This document shows positions 1 through 11,066 of a DNA stretch of 64,000 nucleotides, piece after piece. The notes beneath the pieces were generated by a model. That model was not told the DNA's origin and ran no database searches. It saw nothing but the letters and a program-made list of their open reading frames with translations. The position numbers were made by a program, and so were the translations under genes. How positions within the stretch are numbered: position 1 is the first letter of the stretch; each line of letters opens with the position of its first letter. Source of the DNA: Methanomassiliicoccaceae archaeon (GTDB lineage: Archaea > Thermoplasmatota > Thermoplasmata > Methanomassiliicoccales > Methanomassiliicoccaceae); NCBI GenBank assembly GCA_963728405.1, contig CAVSJV010000013.1, forward strand, positions 119,717 through 183,716. The letters run 5' to 3'.

Positions 1-2
1 CG

Positions 3-902
3 GCCGATTTCAAAGAAAACATCCTCCAGACGATCGGCAATACCCCCTTGGTCAGGATAAACAAGCTTAATCCGAACAAGAACACGACGATATATGCCAA
101 AGTAGAGGGATTCAATCCTACTGGCAGTATCAAAGACCGGATTGCCTTGAGCATGATCCAGCAGGCTGAAGATGAGGGCACGCTGACCAAAGGTAAAACT
201 ATCATCGAACCAACGTCGGGGAATACCGGGGTGGCTTTAGCGATGATCGGTGCGATCAAAGGGTATGAAGTAGAGATCGTTATGAGTGAGTCCGTCTCGG
301 TAGAGAGACGGCAGATGATCAAAGCGTTCGGCGGAATCGTCACCTTAAGCGAGGGGAAATACGGCACCGACGGCGCCATTAGAAAAGCACGGGAATTGGT
401 CAAGGCAAATCCTCAAAAGTACTTCATGCCGGACCAGTTTTCCAACCAGTATAACCAGCTTGCGCATTATAAGACGACCGGGGATAAGATCTGGAAGCAA
501 ACTGGAGGCAAAGTAGACTATTTTGTGTCGGCGTTAGGCACTTCTGGCACGATAATGGGCGTAGGTAAAGCGTTAAAGGAACATAATCCGCAAATAAAGA
601 TAGTCAGCGCTCATCCTGTTAAAGGGCACTATATCCAGGGATTAAAGAACATGGAAGAAGCCATTGTCCCGGCGATATATGACCCCACCCAGATCGACGC
701 CACCATCATGGTCGAGACGGAAATAGCCTATGAGATGACCCGTCAGATCGTTAAACAGGAAGGGATCTTCGTTGGTATGAGCAGCGGTGCCGCAATGTAT
801 GCTGCCATCGAGATAGCCAAGCAGATAGAGTCCGGCGTTATTGTAACTATTTTACCTGACCGGGGAGAGAAATACCTAAGCACCAAGCTATTTTCAGTTT
901 AG
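3..902 (+). CDS. cysK: Cysteine synthase (O-acetylserine sulfhydrylase, CysK/CysM family), 5'-truncated by window
   Basis: Frame open from base 3 (…ENILQTIGNTPLVRI); PLP-lysine motif NPTGSIKDR, EPTSGNTG, GTSGT, GMSSGAA, PDRGEKYLST. Confidence 0.93.
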   Translation, partial: ADFKENILQTIGNTPLVRINKLNPNKNTTIYAKVEGFNPTGSIKDRIALSMIQQAEDEGTLTKGKTIIEPTSGNTGVALAMIGAIKGYEVEIVMSESVSVERRQMIKAFGGIVTLSEGKYGTDGAIRKARELVKANPQKYFMPDQFSNQYNQLAHYKTTGDKIWKQTGGKVDYFVSALGTSGTIMGVGKALKEHNPQIKIVSAHPVKGHYIQGLKNMEEAIVPAIYDPTQIDATIMVETEIAYEMTRQIVKQEGIFVGMSSGAAMYAAIEIAKQIESGVIVTILPDRGEKYLSTKLFSV

Positions 903-1083
903 ATGGTTTTTCATAATGCCACTGTTCCCGGGGATTGCCTAATTCCCCCCTTTCCACCACAAGCAGGGGGCGCGTCTCCGGAACTGACATAGAGGTACTA
1001 GCAAGTGCAAGCGGTCCTGGCGGGGGGTTGTGTTCAGGCGGCCGCACATCGGGCCCGGCTACCAGTTCGTTGACAATACCCCA

Positions 1084-1216
1084 ATCTTCGGGCCCTTCGA
1101 CACTAAGATGGCCATTAGCCATCTGGGCTTGGACGTGGACAATATGACGACGCGATGGGGCGGCTTGGTTTATATTAGGCCAGCATCTATTTTCCGTAAA
1201 CGGAAACTAACATATT
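1084..1216 (+). pseudogene. Highly degenerate tyrosine integrase C-terminal remnant
   Basis: IFGPFDTKMAISHLGLDVDNM aligns with IFGHADTRTTLKYLGLDFEDM at 31.2 kb; runs into a tRNA-Ala-type site. Confidence 0.6.
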
Positions 1217-1269
1217 GAGCCAGGATGATGGTGGACAGAGCGGATTTCTGCCCACGAAATCGTCTGGCC
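1217..1269 (-). repeat. att-like site A (tRNA-Ala 3'-end type, both outer arms)
   Basis: Minus strand GGCCAGA-cgatttc-GTGGGCAGAA-ATCC-G-CTCTGTCCAC-catcat-CCTGGCTC; right half matches tRNA-Ala 31093-31110 with one base missing. Confidence 0.85.
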
Positions 1270-1284
1270 AAATTGACGACCCTG

Positions 1285-1524
1285 AATGGATCGTCAATAA
1301 CCGAGGTATCCACCATGCTGGGTCATGCCGATACCAGGACGACCATGATCTATCTAGGATTGACCCTTGATTATCTCGCCAAGGTCCAGGAGAAGAGGGA
1401 CGACTATCTGGACCTGATAAGAATGAAGATGAGGGCGAACCCTCAGGCCTTCCAGGAAAAACATAATGCCGATGTTGTTCGCAATGTAAGGGCGTTTCCC
1501 AACACTATTGGGGAAAACGAGTGA
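1285..1524 (+). pseudogene. Tyrosine integrase C-terminal remnant
   Basis: EVSTMLGHADTRTTMIYLG carries box II His and catalytic Tyr; no N-terminal part present. Confidence 0.85.
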
Positions 1525-1579
1525 AGCCAGAAGAATTAGTGGGCCCGAAGAGATTTGAACTCATTATTATTATCTGGCC
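1525..1579 (-). repeat. att-like site B (tRNA-Ile 3'-end duplicate)
   Basis: 1537-1562 is identical (26 bp) to 7214-7239 at the tRNA-Ile 3' end; flanked by inverted GGCCAGA/TCTGGCT arms. Confidence 0.9.
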
Positions 1580-1851
1580 AACCCTCGAAAATTTCAAAAT
1601 TCTGTGACCGTATTGGAGGGCGTTAGCATTCACGATGCTCCGGTGGAATGGATGGTCCTCTGGAGTTCTTACCATCGACCAGTGAAAACGAAGCCCCCTC
1701 AACGGTGCCTAGTTCCAAGAACTGCCATGATGTATATTCTCTAGAAGTTGGGGCGGTTGGGCTGGACTTATTACTGGCTATCGAAATATTCCTCCACAAC
1801 CTCTATTTGGGAAGCCGTTGGGACACAAGATGGGATCATTGTAATGAATTG

Positions 1852-1891
1852 ATGGGCCGAGCGGGATTTTAAACCGCCAAACTGTCTGGCT
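1852..1891 (-). repeat. att-like site C (3' end of a tRNA not in the window, acceptor TCGGCCCA)
   Basis: Minus strand AGCCAGA-cagtttg-GCGGTTTAAA-ATCCCG-CTCGGCCCAT; same spacing as the other sites. Confidence 0.7.
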
Positions 1892-2101
1892 GACCCCTCA
1901 ATTGTACCGTCCTCGGTACAGAGCGCTTGTTCGAGGCTATGAAAAATAGTCCTAAACCACTTCCTTTCTTTGCCTCAACTATCTTAACTAATTTAACTTT
2001 CAGTTCCAATCACCAATCATCTGGCTCGGGGATTGCGATCAAGTTAGCTTATAGATCAAGGTGGTTAAGCATGGGGGTCTGAGCCCCTCGGTGCTTCTTT
2101 G

Positions 2102-3182
2102 TTAGCATATAATTTCATGGTACGGTCGACCAAGGCTTGGATGTAGACAGGAACGATAATCGCACAGGGGATCCCTAGGGCAACCACCAAGATCGGCGCA
2201 GCCCCCGGGGCTCACGCTCGCCCCCAGGACCGCGAACAGCGTGAGGAAGTAGATGTGGAAGAGGTATATCGAATAGGTTGACGGGCCGACTCTTTTAACC
2301 ACCCTGGCGATTAAGCCGGTAGCATATCTTTTGAACAAGTTGACGAAGAAGATGGAGACGGAGACACCGATCACGCCGATTAGGGCGAGTGCGATGGTTG
2401 GAATCAGGGAGGGCGGGAGCAGCTCACATACCAGCCCGAGCATGCCCCCGCCTGAGGCATATATGAGGGACAAGCCGACCCCGGAAGCCAGGCAGACTTT
2501 TAGGACCGTGGCCCCCTTTATATCCGACATATTCGCCCCCCTTCCGAGGAGAATCCCGGCGATGAAGATCCAGTAGTAGATGTACACCTGGCTCAGTCCC
2601 ACGGCACCGGTGATGAAAGAGACAACGACCAGGACTGCGAAGATGGCCAAGGCGACGAGGAAGAGGGACCTGGTGAAACCTAATCTAGCCCTATCGGCCA
2701 AGTAGATCAGTACGGGAAAGAAGAGGTAGAAAATCACAATAACGCTGACGAACCATAGAATACCAAGGTAGGGTACCAGCTTAGGGTAGAATAGGATCTG
2801 CAGGCCGCTTACCGTGAGAAGCTGCTGCAGGGCTGTGAGGTCGGTCAGAGCGAAGAGGGACTTCACCGACTGCCCGGAAGCTATGACGATTGTGGCGACG
2901 ATCAGCGCCACCCAATAGAGCGGGTATATTCTGACAAAACGCTTCCGGAGGAAAATCAGGACTGTCGCCAGGGCGGTCGAAAGTGGGCTTCTTGAGCATC
3001 AAGGAGTACCCAGAGGTGAAGAAGAATATGCTTAGGCCGGTGACGCCGGTCCAAACGCTCAACGTCAACAACCAGCTCACACTGGCAAAGGCCGGTACCA
3101 TCTCGAGCACATGGGCGACCACAATCGCCAGGATCGCCATCGCCTTCAAGATGTCGAGCTCAACGAGCCGGTTGGATCCCAT
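2102..3182 (-). CDS. Membrane acyltransferase (Acyl_transf_3/OafA family), frameshifted
   Basis: RLVELDILKAMAILAIVVAH, FFFTSGYSL, LWFV…FYLFFP, TYSIYLFH motifs split over two frames. Confidence 0.8.
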
Positions 3183-3819
3183 TAAGCGCTCCTCGTAATG
3201 GTGTTCCAACAACCCAAAGATAAATTATTTGTAGAATAAGGAGGTCCTTCCCTCCCTCAAAAATTCCAGTTCTAGGTTACTCATCTGGATAGAAAAATGG
3301 GAGAGGGTAAAAGCCATACCCTTTTGATTGAGCCGTCATATTTGCCGGAAAGGTATAAAAGTCCTAAGTATTTGCCATCAATGAGGGCCTTTCCCTCAAT
3401 GGACGACACCATCTCCCCCATAAGGCGTCAAGTAATTGTCCCCCCTTCCTTTTTGACCACATAGTTAGGTCTCATCCTAATCCACCGCCTTGGAGCCCTG
3501 GATGGCCAGGTCCTCGTAGATGGTACATTGGCAGACCAGGGGCGAACGACTATCGCACTCCTCGCGGCCGCATGACAAGCACAAACCTTTTTTCACACGA
3601 TAGTGCTTGAGCGGCGTATTGACCCTCATCGGGTCGGGGGCTCTTTCCTCTTTCATTGGTTATCTGCATCCCGGTTGCTAGAACGATCTGATTCCACGCG
3701 ACCATGGCGGACATCATAGCCACAAAGATGAACCCCGCGGTAAGTTTCTCTACTATGATTCCACCTATACCGCCGCCTTGGAGTAACCAGGCGTCGCCCA
3801 AATCCAGTGTAGCTAGGCA

Positions 3820-3995
3820 ACTCCTATCGACCTCGCCAAATCTCGCTGTTATAGGGGTTAGGGCTGGAAACAGCTATGGCCATCCGACTTCCGATACGCT
3901 ATCCCGTCTGAACGCCCATAGTGTGACCATCTACCGCACCGACCTCAATGGAACAGTGACCATAACACGGATGGCACCACCTGGACAGTCACCTG
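3820..3995 (+). pseudogene. ComEC/Rec2-type metallo-beta-lactamase C-terminal fragment
   Basis: PNLAVIGVRAGNSYGHPTSDTLSRL…IYRTDLNGTVTI matches the ComEC tail motif N-x-YGHP…RTD-x2-G. Confidence 0.7.
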
Positions 3996-4384
3996 AAGGT
4001 GGTCCCGTTCATTTCCAATTCATCCGCAGATTAGGACCTACTTGGGAGCGCCCATCGGCAATCGTTGGAACTTAATTTCCTGCCCACGGCTCTCACATCT
4101 TCCCTCGACCATAATTCGATTGAAGGCAAACCTTACTTTCTGTTCATGGCCGTAGATGAGAAATGGGACCGTTCTTCGAGAATACTCTCGGTGGGGTGGG
4201 ATTGGCACGAGCTCGAGATAGGGGCAACAAGGGTAAGTGGCTTAAGGGGGGGGGAGTGCCGAAAGTGAGTAGGATACAATATAATAATCAACAAGCCCTT
4301 CGTATTTTCCTCGTGGTGGGAATCAATCAGCGTTTACATCTAGGATGGTTGCCCATATGCACGAAGCAGCGATGGCCGGGGACC

Positions 4385-6238
4385 ATGACTGGGCCAAAGG
4401 GAGCGGACGAATCGTGGCGCCGTTCAGAGCATCATCAACGGGCTACCAGGCGCTGTTTTCTACCTCTCCTCCGACGAGTTCGAAGTAGAGTACATCAGCG
4501 ACGATTCTCGCCACTTTCTTCCCGGGAGGTTCAAGAACCAAACCTCGTCGGTGTGAAGTTGGTAGACTTCGTCACAGGCGGTGAGAAGAGCCCCGTCTTA
4601 CCAATTCTCCGCCGGGTCTCCGAGACCAAGGAGAAGTTGGAGATCAGAGAGTTCCGAGCCAAAAACGAGGACGGGATCGAGTTCTGGGTCAACTGGTCTG
4701 CTATCCCCATCGAGAACGGCACAGGGAGGGCGGACTTGCTGGTGATGATCCAAGAAGACGTTACCGAACGCAAGCGGGTGGAGGAAGTGCTAAAGGAAAG
4801 TGAGGAAAAGTTTTCCAGGGCCTTCCATGGTTCCTCAGCTTCGACCTACATCACGCGTTTGAGCGACGGCAAGATCATTCACGCGAATGACCAAGGCCTC
4901 AAAATGTTGGAGTATGGCAAGGGATGAGCTATTAGGTCGAACGACCACCGAACTGAACTTATGGCCTACCGAGAAGGATCGCCAAAATGTTGTTAATGAG
5001 CTAAAACAGAAAGGCTCCATTAACAACATGGAACTACGCCTTCGTAAGAAGAACGGCCAAATCTGGACCACGTTGTATTCGGCTCAGGTCATTGAATTCA
5101 AGGGGGAGGAGATAATGCTCTCCTCTCTCGTGGACATCACCGACCGCAAACGAGCGGAGGAAGCGCTCAAGGAGAGCGAGGAGCGCTCCGGACGCTCGCC
5201 GACAACATCCCTCAGTTAGCGTGGATGGCTGACGCGAACGGCTGGATCTTCTGGTATAACAGGCAGTGGTACGATTACACCGGCACCACCCCAGAGCAGA
5301 TGGGGGGCTGGGGCTGGCAGTCGGTGCACAACCCCGATGTACCGCCGAAGGTCCTCGATCAATGGAAGGGCTCGATAGCCACCGGCCAACCGTTCGACAT
5401 GGTGTTCCCGCTGCGGGGCGCCGACGGAGTGTTCCGTCCCTTCCTGACGCGGGTACTGCCGGTGAAGGACGAGAGCGGCAAGGTCGCTCGCTGGTTCGGC
5501 ACCAACACCGAAATAACCGAAGAGGTGGAGACGCGACGGAACCTCGAGCGCTCCAACGCCGAGCTGCAGCAGTTCGCTTACGTAGCCAGTCACGATCTTC
5601 AAGAGCCGCTCCGAATGATCATGAGCTATCTGGGTCTGCTCAACAAGAAGTATGGCGATCAGCTCAACGACCAGGCCAAAGGGTACATGGCCTACGTGAA
5701 CGCCGGTGCCGCACGCATGAGGGAGCTCATCAACGATCTGCTGCAATACTCGCGCATCGATATGCAGGGCGAAGAGTTCTCGGCCGTTGATCTGGAGCAG
5801 GTAGCGGAGAGAGCGATCGACAACCTGCATGTGGTGATCGGGGAGAGCAGGGCAGTGGTCGATCTAGGCCCCCTGCCGACCGTTTTCGGGGATGCGACGC
5901 AATTATCTCAGGTGCTCCAGAACCTCATCAGCAACGCCATCAAGTTCCACGGGCCAGAGCCGCCGAGAATAGAGATCACTTCTCAAGAGCGCGATCGAGA
6001 GTGGACCATCTCGGTCAAGGACAACGGCATCGGCATCGATCCGAAGTATCACAACAAGCTGTTCCAGATGTTCCAGAGACTGCATACTCAAAATGAATAT
6101 CCTGGCACCGGTATCGGGCTGGCCATAAGCAAGAAGATCGTGGAGCGGCACGGCGGTCGCATCTGGATCGAGTCGGAGGTCGGCAAGGGTACGACCTTCT
6201 TTTTCACCGTACCTAAGACAGGCGAGAGGGCGAGGTAG
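4385..6238 (+). CDS. Multi-PAS sensor histidine kinase (Cph1-like transmitter), several frameshifts
   Basis: PAS/PAC repeats (DVTERKR, DITDRKRAEEAL), H-box ASHDLQEPLR, NLISNAIKF, DNGIGI, GTGIGLAI; frame breaks near 4520, 4920 and 5188. Confidence 0.85.
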
Positions 6239-6648
6239 ATGAACGAAGGCCACCGGATCCTGCTCATTGAGGACAATCGGCCTGATGCGGACATTATCAG
6301 AGAGCTGATCAAAGATACTGGGATCGTGCATGAGCTGATTTGGCTCGATAATGGGGAGAAAGCGATCAAGTTCTTCGACGATGTTGGGCAGGCCGGTCTA
6401 TCATCATTGACCTCAATCTGCCCCGAGTCAGTGGTCACGAGGTCCTGGAATTCTTAAAAGAACGGGGAATAAGCAAGACCACTCCAGTGATCGTTCTGAC
6501 CGGCTCCGACTCTAATCTGGACAAGGAGAAGGCCAGGAAGAACGACATGGTCTGCTACCCCATCAAGCCGATGACGGCCGAGGAGATGGAGCGGACGACC
6601 GAGAAGCTGAAGGAAATAATGCTAGGGCCGCGGTCCTGCAACTGCTAG
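6239..6648 (+). CDS. Single-domain response regulator (Rcp1-like), 1-nt frameshift near 6395
   Basis: ILLIEDN, IDLNLP, VLTGSD, KPM motifs; ends SCNC-stop like the paralog at 43.4 kb. Confidence 0.82.
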
Positions 6649-6947
6649 ATGATCGGCAACCGGCACAAGCAGGGTCCTACTTCTGGAAGGGAGGGGTCCG
6701 TTCTAGAAAGAAAATGGGCTGCCGTCTCGGACGACATCCCACATGCGCTTACCGGACTGAACGCTGCGGCCTGGAGTCGCTCGCGACGGAGCGTCATTGA
6801 GACTCATGCGCCAAATTACGATATTTAGTTTGGTCGGTTTGCTGATAGGAAACTGCCTCCGATTCCATAGGAATATAATAGATTAATTTAAGATGAAAAT
6901 AACTATCTGGACATCTCTATAATGCTACCTCGTACATATGTGTTAAC

Positions 6948-7118
6948 ATGCCTACGAATACGACCAACAAGAAGACCACAGTCCACGCGTCCGTCTACCT
7001 GCCCGTACCACTCCATAAAGAGCTGATAAAGATGTCGAGGTGGACCAGGCTCGGCCGATCGGACATCATGCGAACGGGTGTCATCAAGTACCTTGATCAG
7101 CTGTTGTTGAGAAGATGA
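6948..7118 (+). CDS. Small ribbon-helix-helix DNA-binding protein (56 aa, not in ORF track)
   Basis: MPTNTTNKKTTVHASVYLPVPLHKELIKMSRWTRLGRSDIMRTGVIKYLDQLLLRR fits the CopG/Arc pattern. Confidence 0.65.
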   Translation: MPTNTTNKKTTVHASVYLPVPLHKELIKMSRWTRLGRSDIMRTGVIKYLDQLLLRR

Positions 7119-7216
7119 AAGCGGAGCCTATGATCAAGGAAGAATTCCCGCTCTTCAGCCGGTAAAGGCGTTTACAAATGGAATTGGGAAAATTAGGATG
7201 AGCCAGATGATAGTAG

Positions 7217-7291
7217 TGGGCCCGAAGAGATTTGAACTCTTGACCTCCCGGTTATCAGCCGGGCGCTCCAGCCAGTCTAAGCTACGGGCCC
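7217..7291 (-). tRNA. tRNA-Ile(GAT)
   Basis: GGGCCCG acceptor stem, anticodon arm CCCGG-CT-GAT-AA-CCGGG, T-loop TTCAAAT; CCA not encoded. Confidence 0.97.
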
Positions 7292-7450
7292 CTGTGCTTC
7301 ATGGGAATAGTGCAATCCATTTTAAAGCTTTCCATTCGTAACGCCCTCCCAAGATAGATATGGACGTGTTTTCCAAATGCGTGAAATTTCATCTCATTAT
7401 CTTGATATCTGCCATATCGTTCTAGGGAATCGCAGGGAGGGACGGATCAG

Positions 7451-8657
7451 GTGCCTGTCATTGAAAAGGGTTCGCTCAGGAAAGGCCAGTTGAACGGGGA
7501 GGTTTGCGTGGTGACCGGGGCCGGTCGTGGGATCGGCCTGGAAGCTGCTCGGTCCTTGGCCTGGCTAGGAGCAAAGGTGATCATCGCCGAGATCGACGAA
7601 CAAAATGGAAGGGCTGTTGCCGAGTCGGTAAATGCCGATTTCGGTAAGGGCTCTGCCATCTTCGTCCGGACCGACGTGGCCGACCCCGATAGCGTAAGAG
7701 GTCTTTCCGCGTTAGCTAATGAAGTGTACGGCCATGTGGATGCCGTCATCAATAACGCCACCGCCTTCCGGATGGGACCGGTGATCGAGGTCGGCATCGA
7801 CAGCTGGGACCTGGCATACCGGGTTAACGTCGGGGCCGGTCCTAATGGCCCAGACCTTCCTTCCCGGAATGATCGAGCGTGACCATGGCACGTTCATCTG
7901 CGTATCGTCCTCGGGGGCCGCGCCGTTCATGGGCGCCTACGAGATATTCAAGACCGCTCAGGTCGAGCTGGCCCGCGTCCTAGACGCGGAGATGGAGGGC
8001 CGTAAGGTCAACATCCTTACCATCGGCCCAGGCCTGGCCCGCACTCCCGGATCGGAAGAAGGGATACGCGCTCTCGCTCCGCTCTACAACAAGAGCGTGG
8101 AAGAGTTCTATGCAATGAGCGAGGAGGCCCAGCTTACCGCGGAAGAAGCGGGGGCCGGTTTCGCTGCGGCGGTAGCTTTGGCCGATAGGTTCCGCGGGCA
8201 GGAGATAAGCTCTTTTGCGGCCCTGAGCACTGTCGGGATAACCGTCGTAAAAGGCAAACCCTTGAAAGAGTGGACGTCCCAAGAGGTCCAGTGGTCGAGG
8301 GTGCAGCCTCTAGTCGACAAAGCGCTCGATGACCTAGAGTCTCAGTACAAGGGCTGGACCGAGATGGTCGTGTTCAAGAGGCAGTGGATCTTGCGTGATT
8401 TCAAGAAGGGCGCCGGGATGCCTGCCGATCAATGGCTGGCTGCTCTTCGACAGCTGCAGGCGGCGATCAGGATAAGGGATTTAGCCAAGGTCGCTTCCAT
8501 TAGGCCGCCCCTTGACAGATTGAGCGCTCAATACTCACACATGCGGGACCTGTTGAACGACTACGAGAAGGACCCGGTCAAGCTCAAAGTGGGGAGTGAG
8601 ACGATCGATGATTGGATTCGGACAGTTGGAGGAGCTCAACCTACTCATCTGAGATAA
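7451..8657 (+). CDS. SDR-family oxidoreductase with C-terminal extension, frameshift near 7830
   Basis: TGAGRGIG, INNA, YEIFK (YxxxK), IGPG motifs across two ORFs. Confidence 0.85.
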
Positions 8658-8767
8658 TGTCTGGTTGGGAGTCATTTTTTCATGGGCCCAATAAGATCTT
8701 ACACTCTCCACGACGTTGGCCTCGGTGATGACCGACAACCTTTATCCCGATGTCGTGTTCTGGGGGC

Positions 8768-9286
8768 ATGACCATCCCGACTGGCGTTATTCGTCAGGGC
8801 GTAATGCTTCCCGCTTCTCCCGAGACCGTATATGATATGCTGACAGACCCGGTCAGGCACGCCCAATTCACCAGATCCCCCGCGAGCGGGAGCTCCCTGT
8901 TAGGGGGCATATTGACCACCCATGGTGGCTACATCCTGGCCCAGAATCTGGAGCTGGAAAGAGGCAAGCATATCGTCCAGGAATGGTCGACCACCGAGTG
9001 GCCGGAGGGATTGCCCCCCTCCCGATTGGAGATCAAGCTCCACGCCATTGGTAGGGGCACCGACCTGTCCATGGTGCAGACAGGTGTCCCGGCGGCCGAT
9101 GTGGAGCGGTACGCTCAGGGCTGGTACGAATATTATTGGAACCCGCTGTTCGAATATTTGAGGGAGATATCCACGCGGAGCAAGGTTCGAGAGAGAATTG
9201 AAAAAGAGAAGATATGCCCACTTGAAAGAAGTGGGGAAGGTTTTCGGATCAGGTCCGGAAGGCCACCGAGTACTCCATGCTCTTAG
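8768..9286 (+). CDS. SRPBCC/AHSA1 domain protein
   Basis: ASPETVYDMLTDP, IVQEW, GWYEYYW; 3' end uncertain because it overlaps the convergent speD. Confidence 0.8.
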   Translation: MTIPTGVIRQGVMLPASPETVYDMLTDPVRHAQFTRSPASGSSLLGGILTTHGGYILAQNLELERGKHIVQEWSTTEWPEGLPPSRLEIKLHAIGRGTDLSMVQTGVPAADVERYAQGWYEYYWNPLFEYLREISTRSKVRERIEKEKICPLERSGEGFRIRSGRPPSTPCS

Positions 9287-9671
9287 AGCCGAAGTACTTC
9301 TTGCAGAACTCTGCGGTCTTTTGGGGCGGGTATTCCTTGCAGGAGAAGACGTCGATGAACGCTCGATCGGTGTTCTCGGCAAAGTGCCCGGAGATCAGCG
9401 ACGTCTCGATCAGTTGAGCGAGGGAATAGCCCTGCACCCGAGGGTCGGCGCCGAACCGAACCACGATGGGGTCGCCGAATCTCTTCATATCGATGTAGTT
9501 ACAGAGGTCGATAGAGAACTGCGTGATCACTTCCTTGCTGGCGATCCTTTCGGGGTCGCAGTCATGCAGGTCGATGGAGGTCAGGAGACCCCACTCTTCG
9601 CCTGTCTTGAACTTGGCCACACATTCCTCGTCGCTCAAACACTTACCCGTCCGCGGACTCATGCTATACAT
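9249..9671 (-). CDS. speD: S-adenosylmethionine decarboxylase proenzyme
   Basis: IDLHDC, LIETSLISGH self-cleavage region, FIDVFSCK. Confidence 0.85.
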   Translation of the reverse strand: MYSMSPRTGKCLSDEECVAKFKTGEEWGLLTSIDLHDCDPERIASKEVITQFSIDLCNYIDMKRFGDPIVVRFGADPRVQGYSLAQLIETSLISGHFAENTDRAFIDVFSCKEYPPQKTAEFCKKYFGSKSMEYSVAFRT

Positions 9672-9877
9672 GTCCAGTTATCACCTTACCGAGATCCCCT
9701 AGGGATTGAATGGGAGCAAAAACAATTCTGGTATTTGAAACTAATTCCGTACATGAGAGGGGCCGATAGTACAATCGATATTATGATAACGGAGAATCCT
9801 TACAGATCGGCCTTTCTTTGCGCCTAAAATTCCGCTTGTTACCTGGGCCAGAATCATTAATATCCTAATGTCATACC

Positions 9878-11038
9878 GTGAACGATACGATGGGAGAGGG
9901 GCTGAAGAACCGCGGCAAGAGCGGGGCGGATGTCGTTATTCGACGAAAGGCTGTGGAAGAACGTATAGGCATTGAGCTCAGACATATCGCTTCCGTGTCC
10001 TTCGACCCCTTTCTTGCTGAGAAGAACATCGAGAATATGATCGGGGTGGTGCAGGTACCCTTAGGTTTCGCCGGTCCGCTCAAGGTCATCGGCGATCACG
10101 CCCAGGGTGAGTTCCTGGTCCCCATGGCCACGACCGAGGGGGCCCTATTGGCTTCCGTCAACCGCGGCTGCTCCGTGATCACCGCGGCCGGAGGTGCCTC
10201 GTCGCTGGTGATTAAGGACGAGATGACCCGCGCCCCCGTCTTTAGAGTGAAGGATGCCCGCCATGCGGTTCGGGCGTCAGAATGGCTAGAGGCCAACTTC
10301 GCCCTTTTACAAGAGGTCACCGGTACTACCACTAAACACGGGAAGCTTCTTAGCGCGAAGCCTTTCGCGGTCGGTCGATCGTTCTACGTTCGCTTTGCTT
10401 TCACCACCGGCGACGCCATGGGCATGAACATGGCCACCATCGCATCTGAGGCCATGTCCAAGTTGATCGAGCAGGAGACCGGGGCGGTATTGATCTCGGT
10501 ATCCGGCAATCTATGTGTGGACAAGAAGCCAGCAGCCATCAACGCCATACTGGGTCGGGGTAAGATCGTCTTGGCCGATGTGACCATACCGCGCCAGGTC
10601 CTGGAAGAGAAGATGCACGCGACGCCGGAATCGGTGGCCGAGACCTGTTACCGCAAGTGTAACATAGGCTCCTCGCTGGCCGCCTCGTTCGGCTCGAACG
10701 CCCATGTCGCCAACATGCTGGCGGCCGTTTACATCGCCACTGGACAGGACCCCGCACAAGTGGTTGAAGGAAGCATGGCCACCACCACCTGCGAGGTCGT
10801 GGAGGGCGACCTATATACCTCGGTGAGGCTGCCCTGCCTTGAGGTCGGTACGGTCGGTGGAGGAACTCGGTTGCCCTGCCAGTCCGAGGCGCTGAGCATG
10901 ATCGGTTGCCTGGGAGGGGGGAAGGTCATGAAGTTCGCCGAGATCATCGGCGCGGTGGTCCTTGCCGGGGAGCTGTCTACTTTATGCGCTCAGGCCGCTG
11001 GGCATCTGGGTTCGGCCCACCAGGCTCTGGGAAGATGA
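9878..11038 (+). CDS. hmgA: HMG-CoA reductase (NADPH, class I)
   Basis: ENMIG, MATTEGAL, TGDAMGMNM, SGNLCVDKK, VGTVGGGT. Confidence 0.97.
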   Translation: MNDTMGEGLKNRGKSGADVVIRRKAVEERIGIELRHIASVSFDPFLAEKNIENMIGVVQVPLGFAGPLKVIGDHAQGEFLVPMATTEGALLASVNRGCSVITAAGGASSLVIKDEMTRAPVFRVKDARHAVRASEWLEANFALLQEVTGTTTKHGKLLSAKPFAVGRSFYVRFAFTTGDAMGMNMATIASEAMSKLIEQETGAVLISVSGNLCVDKKPAAINAILGRGKIVLADVTIPRQVLEEKMHATPESVAETCYRKCNIGSSLAASFGSNAHVANMLAAVYIATGQDPAQVVEGSMATTTCEVVEGDLYTSVRLPCLEVGTVGGGTRLPCQSEALSMIGCLGGGKVMKFAEIIGAVVLAGELSTLCAQAAGHLGSAHQALGR

Positions 11039-11066
11039 AAATAGGGCCTCCCGCCATATCCATTTC

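Noticed and set aside
6236-6241. In-frame TAG-ATG kinase/receiver junction as pyrrolysine read-through giving a hybrid kinase
   Set aside because: TAG ends many ordinary genes here (cysK, Lon-like, ATPase, wHTH, permease), the paralogous pair at 32862 uses an overlapping TGA junction, and no pyl genes are in the window.
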